IMG/VR virus record: IMGVR_UViG_2675903691_000001 | Span: 5,365 to 69,364 of that record | Length of the DNA stretch: 64,000 bases | From: a virus | Lineage: Duplodnaviria > Caudoviricetes | Strand: one strand, 5' to 3' | Shown: positions 1 through 10,225 of the stretch, one piece after another | Numbering within the stretch: the first letter of the stretch is position 1 | Layout: every line of letters starts with the position of its first letter | The notes under the pieces: generated by a model | What the model saw: the letters and a program-made list of their open reading frames with translations, nothing else | Database searches by the model: none | What the model was told of the DNA's origin: nothing | Made by a program: the position numbers and the translations under genes

Positions 1-2948
1 GCCGTCGACAGGATCCGCGAGATCGGGCTGTTCGCGAGGACTTCTTCGGTGAAGTTGTTGATGAACGGCTTGGCCTGACCGCGGCGCGGGGTTCCCCCCA
101 GGATCTCCCGGATGTTAGAGATCGTGCGCCCGACGGTCGGGTCCATGTCTTCCAGCGGCCGGCCACCCATGGGCCCTTTCTGGAAGAGTGATTGACCGGT
201 GGCGAGCTCCATGGGGAGCTTGAACAACGGATTCGTGCGTCCAAGTCCTTCAAAGATCGCTCCCGAGACGCCCCCGCCGAGGAACGACAGCGGATCTTCG
301 AACCCCAGGCCGAGGCCGGTCAGGTAGCGGTTGGTGCCGGCTTCCTTCGGCTTCCCGATCAGGGCTTCCAGCGGGGATCCTGCCAACGGGATCGAGGCGG
401 ATTCCGCAACGTAGTCCGGGGTCATCTCGTTCGGGTCGCGGGCGTTGTTGGTGGCGCGGATCGTCTGAGCCAGTGTTCCGCCCGGGTGCTGCATCAGCAT
501 GTCGGCGGTGAACGGAGCTTGACCGCGACTAAATTTGTAAAATGGCATTAGTCGTTGCATCACTTGTGTTTCGGTCGACGTGTAGTTCCGATTGGAGTAA
601 TCGACCTGTGCCGCGTTGACCTTCCGCGCCGCTTCCGCCGGATCAACCCCCTCGCGAAGCTGCTTGATGAACGGGGCCAATCGGTTCATGCCTTCAACGT
701 ATTGCCCAACGTCCTGCCCAACGGCCATTGGCGCGAACGTCGATTCCTGAGCCTGACCGACGCCACGGTATTGGGCCTTGATCGGATTCCATGTCACGCT
801 CGGATCTTGGCCGATCAGCTTAGCGCCCGTCCGCTTGGCGGAGACCTGTTTGCGACCCGGCCCGATCATCTCAGCGAGGATGGCGTCGATGCTCGAGCCC
901 TGTGCGGCGGCCGCTTTCCCGGCGACCGTGGCGGCTTCTCCTTGGAACTTCCCGAGGAGTCCGTGGGCATAGGCGAGTTCGCCGAGGATCTTCGTGGCGG
1001 ATTCGTCTGTCAGCGGGGAGATGCCGCGCTGCTTCGCAATCTCCTTGATGACCGGAATGTCCGCCGCCTTGATCGTCTCCCCGCGCATCAGCTTGTGGGC
1101 GTCGATCGCCGACGACTTCGAAAACAGCCCGGCGATGAAGTTCTGGAACTGACCGCTCGTCAGGTTGCGGGTGTGGAACGCTGGCCAGGGGCTGGTGAAC
1201 ATCCCCTTCATGAAGTTCGTCACGCTGTCGATCGCAGCGACCAGTTCGTTCGCCGGCTTAGGAGCGGCGTACGGCGCCATGAACCGCATCAGATCTTCCG
1301 CGACCGCCTTGTCGACGTACCCCAGGTCGACACTCCGGGCCGATTTGCCGAGTTTAGTGCCGAGAATGTGCTTGGCTTCTTCGACTGCGAACCCCAGTGT
1401 TTCGAGCAGTTTTCCCAGCGGAACAGCGTTGTCGTCAGGGCCGTTCTTCCGACGAACCACTCCCGGCTGTGTCAATCCCTCATAGACCGACTTGGCGGCG
1501 GCGATCGAATCCTCGCCGTGCATCATCGCCGCTTGCAGATCCTGAACGGGGTGATTCCCATAGACGCCCGCCTGACGGGTCGGCTTCGAAAGCTCATTGA
1601 GCCAGCCGCTAAAGTCGCTGATCTTGTCGTCTGGAATGGCTCCCGGATATTTGGTCTTCACCAGCTGCGCCACATCCGACTTCGGAACTCCGCTATCGAT
1701 CAGGTTGTTGATGTCCTGATCCTGAACGATCTGTTTGATCTGTTGTGTCCCGCCTGGAATGTCGCGCAGGAAGTCCTCACGCTTGACCTGAGACGGGTTG
1801 AACGAAGAGTAGACTTGAGTGTGGCTCCGGCCCTTGCCTTTCTTCACTGCGTCAGACAGGAAGCGTGGGAAGTAGTCGACCATTGCATCTGTCAGGCCCT
1901 TTGTGGGGAGCCCCAGGGCCGTAGACCGGGCCAGCAGGTCGTCCAGGCTGCTGCGGACCTGTCCCGCGACCTTTTGCACTTCCGGGGCTGCCGTCGCTCG
2001 TACAGCGGGGATTTCGAAGATCTTCCGCAGGTCGTCCCCCATGGCCGGCTTTGCCATCCCGGCGGCGTCCAGTTGGTTCGTGACGTCAGCGATCTGACCC
2101 CGAGCCCGAGCCCGCGATTCCTCCTGAGCCCGGAAGAGTCCCCGACCGAGTTCCCGACCGAGGGGCGTCACCGCCTCTTTCATGGTCGCGTCCATCGCCC
2201 GATACAGCGATCCGACAGGCTGAAAGTCCGTCCCCGGAATCTTCGCGTCGAGGATCTTCCGGCCGGGACTGAGGGGGTTGAACGAGTAATCGTCGAGGAA
2301 TTTCGCCACACCCTGTGCCCGCGGGCCAGTTCCCAGCATCCCGATCGGGTCACGGAACGGCAGACCGTAGCCGGCGAGACCGCGCACTGGCTGGTGCAGA
2401 ATGTCCGGCAGATTCGCTCCGAGGCCCCTGGCGGCGTTCTCCGCTGCCGTCTGCGCCGCAGGGCCTCCGTGTCGAACAAGGTCGTCGAGCGTCGTCGTGA
2501 GGCCAGCCAGGCGGGGTCCGATGTCCCCCAGCCGCTTCCCTGACTTCGCGGCGGCCACCTTAGTCACGTCCCCTGCCAACCCGGACCGCTTCAGAACCTG
2601 CGTAGCCTTGCCACCTGCAGACACCCCAAACGACAAATACGTCAGCGGGTCCAGCAGGATCTCGGTCCCGAGTCCGCCGGCGAAGTTCCCCCAGTTATCC
2701 CGGCGGCCAGAAGCCCCGGCCATCCGGTTCAGGTCGCGCCCGCTGGTTCGCCCCTCGCTGGATGTCCAGTTCCAGGGGAGCAACTGATCGAACGGGTTCC
2801 GACCAGAGACGGTGTCCCGCACCATCGAACCGGGGATATCGAGGAAGTTCCCGACGGCTCCGATTCCGCCGAGGACAGATCGACTGGCCTTCTGGGCGAG
2901 CGTCTGTTCGGCTTCCGGTTGCAGGGGCTGTTGTTTCGCTTTTGCCAT
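1..2948 (-). CDS. Large virion/ejection-type protein, partial (>980 aa, runs off the left edge)
   Basis: Not in the ORF track. ATG at 2948 with GGAGA RBS (MAKAKQQPLQPEAEQ...). Frame open in the stretches translated by hand, still open at position 3 (...FINNFTEEVLANSPISRILST). Position at end of tail operon. Confidence 0.75.
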   Translation of the reverse strand, partial: MAKAKQQPLQPEAEQTLAQKASRSVLGGIGAVGNFLDIPGSMVRDTVSGRNPFDQLLPWNWTSSEGRTSGRDLNRMAGASGRRDNWGNFAGGLGTEILLDPLTYLSFGVSAGGKATQVLKRSGLAGDVTKVAAAKSGKRLGDIGPRLAGLTTTLDDLVRHGGPAAQTAAENAARGLGANLPDILHQPVRGLAGYGLPFRDPIGMLGTGPRAQGVAKFLDDYSFNPLSPGRKILDAKIPGTDFQPVGSLYRAMDATMKEAVTPLGRELGRGLFRAQEESRARARGQIADVTNQLDAAGMAKPAMGDDLRKIFEIPAVRATAAPEVQKVAGQVRSSLDDLLARSTALGLPTKGLTDAMVDYFPRFLSDAVKKGKGRSHTQVYSSFNPSQVKREDFLRDIPGGTQQIKQIVQDQDINNLIDSGVPKSDVAQLVKTKYPGAIPDDKISDFSGWLNELSKPTRQAGVYGNHPVQDLQAAMMHGEDSIAAAKSVYEGLTQPGVVRRKNGPDDNAVPLGKLLETLGFAVEEAKHILGTKLGKSARSVDLGYVDKAVAEDLMRFMAPYAAPKPANELVAAIDSVTNFMKGMFTSPWPAFHTRNLTSGQFQNFIAGLFSKSSAIDAHKLMRGETIKAADIPVIKEIAKQRGISPLTDESATKILGELAYAHGLLGKFQGEAATVAGKAAAAQGSSIDAILAEMIGPGRKQVSAKRTGAKLIGQDPSVTWNPIKAQYRGVGQAQESTFAPMAVGQDVGQYVEGMNRLAPFIKQLREGVDPAEAARKVNAAQVDYSNRNYTSTETQVMQRLMPFYKFSRGQAPFTADMLMQHPGGTLAQTIRATNNARDPNEMTPDYVAESASIPLAGSPLEALIGKPKEAGTNRYLTGLGLGFEDPLSFLGGGVSGAIFEGLGRTNPLFKLPMELATGQSLFQKGPMGGRPLEDMDPTVGRTISNIREILGGTPRRGQAKPFINNFTEEVLANSPISRILST

Positions 2949-3019
2949 CGTCGAATCTCCCGTGTTGGATCACGGACGATTGTAGCAACGATGCTGCCTG
3001 ACTTTAGAGAGAGAAAAAG

Positions 3020-3143
3020 GACTGCGGGCCGGATTGGATACCGGCTCAGTGAACAACCTGCGAGAACGGTTCGCGTTGTTGGCAGCGGTGCCAGAAGAAG
3101 TTCTCAAGCAAGTCCCTTGGTTACGGCCAAGGCCCCCGCAGTC
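3020..3143 (-). ncRNA. Multibranched structured intergenic element
   Basis: 8-bp closing stem 3020-3027/3136-3143 enclosing four hairpins; U-rich tail on the minus strand. Confidence 0.5.
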
Positions 3144-3157
3144 ACTTTGTCTTCAGG

Positions 3158-4624
3158 CTAGAACGCTCCAGAATACGGCGAGTATTCATTCTTCATCCAG
3201 TCTTGACCCTTGCGAAACTGCTGCAGCACGCTGGCAACACTGGCTCCGTTCACGCCGATACCGCTTGCCATTCGCTGGCGGTCTTCGATTTCCGCCTGCC
3301 GCAAAGCGTCCTCCCATGTGCGTTGACCGGACACCACTTGCTGATGCAGGCTGGTTGCCACCGAATTGGCGTGCGACTGGCTGTCACGCACGTTCGTTAC
3401 GCCATCAGGAAACTGCTCCTTAACAGATGCCGCGATTTCTGAGTTGAGGAGATTTTGACGGTTCAGGAGTCCTTGTGTTCCCAGTTGCCGTGAATTGATT
3501 GAGGCCTGTGATCCTGTGTTTGCTGCTGGACCACGGCCATTCAACATCGCCGCCAATCGCCCCTCACGACGGTTCTGGAACGTATCCTGTCCGTTGCGCT
3601 CTGCGACCAGCGACGCCCGCTGTTCGGCCTTCTGTCCGCGGATGGCGTTCCGTTCGGCAACCGACTTGTTGGACCAGTTGGGAGACCAGCCCTCTGGCGG
3701 CAGCAGAGTCACGGTGCCATCGCCGTTGGAGCGCACATTCAGGTCGCGACCATGATTCCGCAGCATTCCCCCCAGCGTCGGAGCGGCGCCCACCTTGAAC
3801 GACTGGCCGGCAGGAACATTGGCTGGGTCGACATAGCTCGAGCCGCCATATGCCGTCGAGACGCCCTGCAGGATCGGATCACGCGGAGCCACCGGGATTT
3901 GTGGAGCCCCGGAAGCCGCCATCGGAGCCGAGTTCGCCGCCTGTCGCTCACGCAGCATTGACGCCAGTTGCGGGAGACGACCCATATCGCCCCCGCCCAT
4001 CGCCCCGTAGGAATCGAGCGGCTGATTTGCGCCAACGGGAATCGAGAACTGTGCCCCGTTGTTGAGCGTTCCCTTATCCTTCAGAGGCTGCTGATACCCG
4101 CCGGACATTCCCATTCCTTGGCCGGGGTAGTAGGGCATCTGTGGGGCTGGCGGTTGTGGAACAGCGGGTTGTTGCTGGGGTGGCTGACCAGCGCCGGGAC
4201 CGAATCGACCGGGTTGACCCGCCTGCAATGGCATCGAAGAGTGAGACAGCGGTGTCACATAACTTCGCCAATTCGGCCCAAAGTCTCTGGTGTTCATTTC
4301 ATCTTGCGTCATGAACCCTGGTGTTCCATCAATTGGATTCCGCCTGTTCTGCCATGGTGGAACTGGCGACTGTGGAGGAACCGGCGACCCTGCATTCCCG
4401 ACCGGCGGAGTCGGCCCCTGATTCCCCGCAGCCATCCACGACTGCTGCTGCCCGAGCCACTGGCTGGGAGCGCCGACCGTGTTGCCGCGGCGTTCCTGAG
4501 ACGACAGGGGCGGACGAATCACGCCGGGATTGCCATAGGCTGCCCGACCAAGGGCGGTGCTGGGAGCCCCGATCGTGCGGGGGCGTCGTTCCTGATCGGA
4601 CATCGGGCGGTACGGGAAAGCCAT
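3158..4624 (-). CDS. Q/G/P/N-rich low-complexity protein, putative internal virion/ejection protein
   Basis: 488-aa ORF with GGAG RBS, disordered composition, next to the giant virion gene. Confidence 0.65.
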   Translation of the reverse strand: MAFPYRPMSDQERRPRTIGAPSTALGRAAYGNPGVIRPPLSSQERRGNTVGAPSQWLGQQQSWMAAGNQGPTPPVGNAGSPVPPQSPVPPWQNRRNPIDGTPGFMTQDEMNTRDFGPNWRSYVTPLSHSSMPLQAGQPGRFGPGAGQPPQQQPAVPQPPAPQMPYYPGQGMGMSGGYQQPLKDKGTLNNGAQFSIPVGANQPLDSYGAMGGGDMGRLPQLASMLRERQAANSAPMAASGAPQIPVAPRDPILQGVSTAYGGSSYVDPANVPAGQSFKVGAAPTLGGMLRNHGRDLNVRSNGDGTVTLLPPEGWSPNWSNKSVAERNAIRGQKAEQRASLVAERNGQDTFQNRREGRLAAMLNGRGPAANTGSQASINSRQLGTQGLLNRQNLLNSEIAASVKEQFPDGVTNVRDSQSHANSVATSLHQQVVSGQRTWEDALRQAEIEDRQRMASGIGVNGASVASVLQQFRKGQDWMKNEYSPYSGAF

Positions 4625-4719
4625 TGGAGACCTCGCTGAAGAGTTTTCAGGAAGTCTAACGTGGCAATGGTGCTGCTTCCAGAAGAGATTGAGCGGGAGT
4701 CACATTCCCATGGCCCTGG

Positions 4720-4989
4720 CTATCCCTTTTTGAAGTTGCTCATGACGATCTGCTGCGGGCCTTCCACCGCCAATTCTTCGCACGATGTCACAGCCGGGTC
4801 CAGCCAGTCGTCGTCGCGGTCTTCCCCAAGCGGATCGCCATGCAGGTTTTGCTCTGTCGGCACGTCCTGTTTCGTGGCCGCCATCTGTCGAGCAAGCACT
4901 TCCGATTCAGCGCGGACCACATAGCCTAGGCTGATGTCCCATGTTTCCGGGTATTCACGTCGTTGCAGATGCCACAGCTTCATTGTCAC
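4720..4989 (-). CDS. Hypothetical protein
   Basis: 89 aa, tightly coupled to upstream gene, globular composition. Confidence 0.7.
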   Translation of the reverse strand: MTMKLWHLQRREYPETWDISLGYVVRAESEVLARQMAATKQDVPTEQNLHGDPLGEDRDDDWLDPAVTSCEELAVEGPQQIVMSNFKKG

Positions 4990-4990
4990 C

Positions 4991-5371
4991 TCACATTCCC
5001 ATGGCGCGCAGTTGGCGGATTTCTGAGTCGATTTGCTTCTGAGCTTCGCAGGGGACGCAGGGTTTTTTGGCGACCTGTTTGTCGCTGAGCGACTTCACTT
5101 TCACGGGCCCAATGACGACAGCAGTCCGGCACTGGCAGGTCTCGCAGGTCTCCAGTGTCACCCGCGCTGGGATCTCAGGCAGACGGCAATAACGAATCGG
5201 GCGAGGTTTCAGCTTCCTCCCGCCAGCACCGCATTCCGGCCAGACGATCAGACCGCCGTCACTTTGTTCTTCGGGTAGATGCACGGCGGTGCTTTCAATC
5301 TCGGCGCATTCCTGTGCTGCGAGTCCTGAATCAGTTCTTGGCGGTTCGTGCATCCCTCGTCTCCTTGCCAC
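4991..5371 (-). CDS. Cys-rich hypothetical protein (start uncertain)
   Basis: CxxC motifs (CETC, CVPC); overlaps end of the upstream gene. Confidence 0.5.
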   Translation of the reverse strand: MARRRGMHEPPRTDSGLAAQECAEIESTAVHLPEEQSDGGLIVWPECGAGGRKLKPRPIRYCRLPEIPARVTLETCETCQCRTAVVIGPVKVKSLSDKQVAKKPCVPCEAQKQIDSEIRQLRAMGM

Positions 5372-6483
5372 GGCTCAACATTGACGTACTTCCAGTGGAC
5401 CATGCAGCGGCTGTGCGGCGTTCCGGGGTCAACAATCTCTTCGTGCTCGTCGGTGTAGGCCACGGTGACTGAACCGCTGCCGGTGAAGTTGGAAGAACTC
5501 GTCGGTGAGTAGGTCTCTGGGTCGCCGCCGCCATTGTTCAGTTCGAGGTATTCGTTGGTGATTTCGAGATCGTCGCCGGGGGCATTGACTAAGGTCAGCG
5601 GGTCGGTCAGTCCTTCAACATCGTAGTCAGTTGTAGAGAATCCGTCGAAATAGGATGCTGTCGCCGTCACACCGCTGGCAACGACAGTTCCGTTCGATTC
5701 CCATGTTCCGCTTGCTGTTGACCACGTCGCGGAAAAGTTCCATTCCCCAGGAAAAGCCGTGGACAACGTCAATAACACACCGGGGATATACGAGATGGTC
5801 ATGCCGTACACTTCGAGAGACTGAACACCCTCAGAAATGCTCGGCGTGAAGATGAGATTATATGCCAACATATCTGAAAACTTTGTTCCCAGCGTAGAGC
5901 CATCAGGGTAGTCCAGAGCGGCCAACGCTGCGACCAGGGACTCCACATCAACACCGCTTGTCCCCGGCGCTGTCACCGTAATCCGCAACCCAGTCACCGC
6001 ACCGCCGATGCTGTCCGGGTCGCACAAATCGTCGCCCTCTTCGTAGGAGCCGACAATCGCCGTGACGTTCGCCGTGCAGCCATTTTCGCTGCCGCTTCCT
6101 TCGCCGCTCAGAGATTGACACCCATCCTCGCAGATCGTCCCATCGGCAGATGCGACCAGTTGATTGATAGCCGCAGTCACCGCTTCAGCCAGTGCCGTGT
6201 TCACGTCCGTCGCATATGCACCGAAGTACGCCTCGCCGGCAGAATTCAGAAGCACGCCAAGGCTGTTGTTTGTGCCGCTGCGAGTCCAGCAGGTTTTTGT
6301 CGTCGGAGCTACATACCCATCGACAGTCTCAATGATCGTCACGACGTCACCGGGTTCATTCCCCGTGCCGCTGACTGTCGTTGTCGCTCTCAGCAAACCC
6401 ATCGGTTCGCCCTCCGTTAAAAGCATGGTGGCCGCCAAAGCCACGCACACGATCATCAGTACGATTGCGCCAACAGTTCGCAT
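5248..6483 (-). CDS. Putative tail-tip/structural protein with two in-frame starts (6483, 6402)
   Basis: T/S/G-rich beta-type 411 aa in the tail operon; both ATGs have SD sequences. Confidence 0.7.
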   Translation of the reverse strand: MRTVGAIVLMIVCVALAATMLLTEGEPMGLLRATTTVSGTGNEPGDVVTIIETVDGYVAPTTKTCWTRSGTNNSLGVLLNSAGEAYFGAYATDVNTALAEAVTAAINQLVASADGTICEDGCQSLSGEGSGSENGCTANVTAIVGSYEEGDDLCDPDSIGGAVTGLRITVTAPGTSGVDVESLVAALAALDYPDGSTLGTKFSDMLAYNLIFTPSISEGVQSLEVYGMTISYIPGVLLTLSTAFPGEWNFSATWSTASGTWESNGTVVASGVTATASYFDGFSTTDYDVEGLTDPLTLVNAPGDDLEITNEYLELNNGGGDPETYSPTSSSNFTGSGSVTVAYTDEHEEIVDPGTPHSRCMVHWKYVNVEPWQGDEGCTNRQELIQDSQHRNAPRLKAPPCIYPKNKVTAV

Positions 6484-6544
6484 GTCAAACTCCCGCGTTG
6501 AAGGTAAAGGCCCAAACCTGCAACGGAAAATCTTACATGTCGGA

Positions 6545-7267
6545 TCACACAGTTGTCGCCTGTTCTCTCAAATACAGCACCGGCCCGTTCATCTCCGCCA
6601 CGTTCCGGCTGCTGAAAAACTTCACTTCCGCATCCGACTCGCTGGTGCTTTCGATCTTGATGACGAACACCACCGTCCCGACCGGGTCACCTTCCGGAAC
6701 GGAATCAATGGCATCTTTCACCGCAGGCGTCAGGTAGATCGTCAGTCGGTCATCCGCCTTGACTGAGCGGATTGCTGTCGGACTGGCGATTTCGGTTTCA
6801 TCCACGTCATCCGGACCAGTTGGAAACGTCGACTGACGGTAAACCGTGAACTCGTCATCTCCGATTGAACCGGACTCCAGTTCGAGAACCAGGCGAGCTT
6901 CGGCCAGTTTGAACCCACCCACCAGTGACGACAGGTCGAACCCCACTGCGATGTACTGCGCCACGCCGGCCGTGCGGAAATACGACAGTGAACCGAGCGT
7001 GACTTCAAACTCTTCGTCTTCCTCGCTGGCGTAGCCGTCGTCCTCCGCCAGCTTCCTAAACCCGCCCTTGACGCAGATCACAGGACCAAGGCAGAGATTG
7101 CTGGGAAGCGTGTAGTTGTTCTGGCGGAAGAACGAGTTCTGGGCCGCCTCGCCGTTGAAGTGATTGCACAGGTAGGTCGCATCGACGCAACCACCTTCTC
7201 CATCACTGAAGTTCAGCTCAGCTGTGCCTGCGACAAGATCAACAGTCGGGGTAATTGTGACCGGCAT
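6545..7267 (-). CDS. Putative minor tail protein
   Basis: 240 aa, acidic and beta-rich, coupled within the tail operon. Confidence 0.7.
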   Translation of the reverse strand: MPVTITPTVDLVAGTAELNFSDGEGGCVDATYLCNHFNGEAAQNSFFRQNNYTLPSNLCLGPVICVKGGFRKLAEDDGYASEEDEEFEVTLGSLSYFRTAGVAQYIAVGFDLSSLVGGFKLAEARLVLELESGSIGDDEFTVYRQSTFPTGPDDVDETEIASPTAIRSVKADDRLTIYLTPAVKDAIDSVPEGDPVGTVVFVIKIESTSESDAEVKFFSSRNVAEMNGPVLYLREQATTV

Positions 7268-7959
7268 CAGTCCACCCCAATCGCATAGATGAATTGGGGA
7301 AGCGAGTCTTCACAGAGAGGAATACTGGCATCGAATGATGCGGAGTCCAGTTCCAACACCACGCCTTCAGAAAAGTCGATCACGTCGGTTTCGATCAGGC
7401 GGTACTTCACTTCAGCGACAACGACGGTCGCCCCAAGAACTGTCTCGTAGGCAGCGTAAAGCACAAGACATTTGGCTTCACTGATAATCCCGAATTCACC
7501 CGGAAGCCCGTCGAGTGAACACAAGTTCCAGTAGGCCAGCACATCTTCCGACTCGGCATCTCCATAGCCAATCGTGCCGACATTCTTAATCTCTCCGCAC
7601 GCATCATTGATGATGAATTCATCGAACGAAAAGCAGGTGTCTTCAAAGCTGTCGAACCGCAAATTGACGGGCATCGGATTCACGAGGCCAGCAATGACTC
7701 CAGTACATTCGCAGGGGGAAACATTCTTCTTTCCGCACAACGGAATGCAGATCGGCAGCAAATCACGGTTCACGTCGTCACCGCGCTGCCGTTGTCGCAT
7801 CCAACCGCCGTAGTCCGGCTTGTACGTCCCAATGTTCTCATACAGCACATCGCACGGCGGACAGCTTCCGTCGCCAGTGCTGACGATGTGGAGCGTGACG
7901 GTCTTTGGAAGAAACGTCATATCGCCAAGATCGAGCGTGATTGCCAGAGAGCCAGCCAC
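7267..7959 (-). CDS. Cys-rich minor tail protein
   Basis: GTG start overlaps TAG of upstream gene (TAGTG); about 11 Cys in 230 aa. Confidence 0.7.
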   Translation of the reverse strand: MAGSLAITLDLGDMTFLPKTVTLHIVSTGDGSCPPCDVLYENIGTYKPDYGGWMRQRQRGDDVNRDLLPICIPLCGKKNVSPCECTGVIAGLVNPMPVNLRFDSFEDTCFSFDEFIINDACGEIKNVGTIGYGDAESEDVLAYWNLCSLDGLPGEFGIISEAKCLVLYAAYETVLGATVVVAEVKYRLIETDVIDFSEGVVLELDSASFDASIPLCEDSLPQFIYAIGVD

Positions 7960-8576
7960 TATGGTTCCTCTGGGCAGGTGAACGGAACGTCGTCGGGCGC
8001 GTAAATTCCGCCGCCGGTCCACGGCAGGTCGATGGGGTCGAGGCCGAAGAGTGACGTGATTTCAGAGCCGAGAACAATGGTTTCCGACAGTTTGACGACT
8101 CCATCGCCGGGGTCGTACTCGACAAGGCCAGAAGTGAGTTGCCCTGCGCAGGGGGAGCAAGCACTCGAACCGCCGCCATCACCGCCAGACGATCCCCCAC
8201 CCTTGGCAATCACGAGCGCCAGCCCGGCATCCTCATCCACCATCACGCAGTCGAACCCAGTCCCGTCGCTCGCCGCATCCCATTCACCAGCAGCCGGGCC
8301 CACTTCCTGAACAGGTTCAAGGGCTTCTACGTCCGCCGGCTTCACCCAAACTGGAAACGTCGGGTTCCAGGCCCGCTTCACCTTGTCGGCAGCGATCGGC
8401 ACCAAGTCGGTCACGAGAATCCGGGCATCCGTGTCATCGTTCGGCTTGTCGACCAGCAGGACGTGTACGCCGTTCGCCAGCTTTTCTCCGCCAGTCACCC
8501 GCACAAACGATCGGGCGGGAATTGTTTCCCCAGAAACATTCTTCACCAGCAATGGTTGGGCATTCGTCTCGCTCAT
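7959..8576 (-). CDS. Minor tail protein
   Basis: VKNVSGETIPA-type N-terminus recalled from planctomycete phage tail genes; Gly linker then CSPC. Confidence 0.7.
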   Translation of the reverse strand: MSETNAQPLLVKNVSGETIPARSFVRVTGGEKLANGVHVLLVDKPNDDTDARILVTDLVPIAADKVKRAWNPTFPVWVKPADVEALEPVQEVGPAAGEWDAASDGTGFDCVMVDEDAGLALVIAKGGGSSGGDGGGSSACSPCAGQLTSGLVEYDPGDGVVKLSETIVLGSEITSLFGLDPIDLPWTGGGIYAPDDVPFTCPEEP

Positions 8577-10222
8577 TTATCACCTCTCCGTCTCTTCATC
8601 AGGCGGTATCTCCGGTCTGCCACATCCCCGCGGAAGTCCTCATCCATGATCTGGATGATCCTGGCTCGCTCCCGGGCCTTCGGCATCCCCAGCGACGTCT
8701 CGCAGTTCTGGGAGATGCGGGTGTGGGCGCCAGCGTTGTCACCCTGCGTGCTGACCGTCCACGAGACCTGCCGATTCACGCCATCGGTATCGATGGGGAT
8801 GATCCCCCGGTAGACGGCATCCAGAGACTGCTGCGTCTGGTACTTCGCCTTGGCGGCTTCGATCACCACCTGACAGGCAGCGTCGATCTGATCCTGGTTG
8901 TCCTCAATCGAGTCGATCGCCGTCGGGTCGCCAGTCTCATACACCGCGCGAATCGTTCGCACCAATTCCGGCCGTGGAAGCGGGAAGATGCCGTAGCCCC
9001 CCATCGCGTAGTCGTAGACGTACCGGACGTATTGATTGTCGTCGGCGTTCCGCACATTGCAGGACGTGACCAGATACAGTTCGGGGTCTTCGTAGCCGGC
9101 CTCCGTTTGCCGATACAGCGACTTCGCTGTCAGCACCCGACCGGTCTCGGGAAACAGACTGAACTGGCCGGAGTACGGAATCACCGCATCGGTGTTCGCC
9201 AAGGCCTGCACGTCGCGCCAGTGGGGGAAGAACTTCCCTTCCAGATACGCCGACTTGGCATCCCGCTTCCCGCTGAGTCCGTTCGTGTACGACTCCAGCA
9301 GCGTCCTGTTCAGCGGGAAGCACTGTGAGATTTCCGGCAGCGTCAGTTCCGTTCCCGGCAGATCATTCGTCCCGTCCGCAAATGAGCCGACTTCGAACAG
9401 GTGATAAACGCTGGAGTTCGCCAGTTCCCGCACGTCCTCATCTTCTTCCGGTAGCAACTGATCGGGGATCTCGTCATCCCAGCCGCCAGCCGGGGCATAG
9501 TCCGCATCGGCCTTCTCGACGACCTGTCCATCAGGATCAATCGCCATCGCGTTCATCTTGAACTTGAGCTGCCACAGCGTCTCCGCCGTACAAACCCGCA
9601 GCACCGCCGGCACGTCCCCCAGATCAAACCCAAAGCTCACCGACTGCACGTCCGTACTTGGGATCGTCGCACCTTCTCCCAGCCGCACGATCCGCGTGCT
9701 GTTCGTCATCAGCGATAGGTCAGGTTCACAGCCGCGGTCCGCACACAGCCGGTACAACTCACCCGCCGCCCAGGCACAACTCCAGTCGACAAACGGTCGG
9801 TCGTCGGTATCGTTCGGCAGTGCAGAAATGTCGTAACCAAACTCCCCCATCTGATCCAACAGGTGCGCAGCCAGTTCCTGCGGCGTCTTCTCGGTCGCGG
9901 CGATGATCTCCCCGTTCGCGTCCCGGACGTTGTACTGACCATGCACGATCGTGTTGACCCACCAGAACCGCCGGTCATAAATCGTGGCGACGCACAGATG
10001 CCCGTTGGTCGTGAACCGGATCGAGCCCTTGTCGAGTCTCGCCTGTTGCCATGAGACGTAATCGGAACCGTGAGCAATCACCAGCGTTCCGTCAGACGAC
10101 GGCGATGTAGCCTGCGGCAGAAAGTAGACCTGCGCGACACCCGGCAACACCCCGTTCGACTTCGTGGCGACGATTCGCACGATCTGAGCAATACCGGGAA
10201 ATGTGCCAGCAACAACTGCCAT
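8573..10222 (-). CDS. Tail hub/baseplate-like protein
   Basis: 549 aa at the distal-tail position; ATGA coupling with downstream gene. Confidence 0.6.
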   Translation of the reverse strand: MAVVAGTFPGIAQIVRIVATKSNGVLPGVAQVYFLPQATSPSSDGTLVIAHGSDYVSWQQARLDKGSIRFTTNGHLCVATIYDRRFWWVNTIVHGQYNVRDANGEIIAATEKTPQELAAHLLDQMGEFGYDISALPNDTDDRPFVDWSCAWAAGELYRLCADRGCEPDLSLMTNSTRIVRLGEGATIPSTDVQSVSFGFDLGDVPAVLRVCTAETLWQLKFKMNAMAIDPDGQVVEKADADYAPAGGWDDEIPDQLLPEEDEDVRELANSSVYHLFEVGSFADGTNDLPGTELTLPEISQCFPLNRTLLESYTNGLSGKRDAKSAYLEGKFFPHWRDVQALANTDAVIPYSGQFSLFPETGRVLTAKSLYRQTEAGYEDPELYLVTSCNVRNADDNQYVRYVYDYAMGGYGIFPLPRPELVRTIRAVYETGDPTAIDSIEDNQDQIDAACQVVIEAAKAKYQTQQSLDAVYRGIIPIDTDGVNRQVSWTVSTQGDNAGAHTRISQNCETSLGMPKARERARIIQIMDEDFRGDVADRRYRLMKRRRGDK

Positions 10223-10225
10223 GAA

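Noticed and set aside
555-2543. 662-aa plus-strand ORF, and similar long ones (19813-21231, 23251-24939, 26268-27722, 58855-60294)
   Set aside because: Antisense shadows of well-supported minus-strand genes in GC-rich DNA; Arg/His-rich non-protein-like composition.
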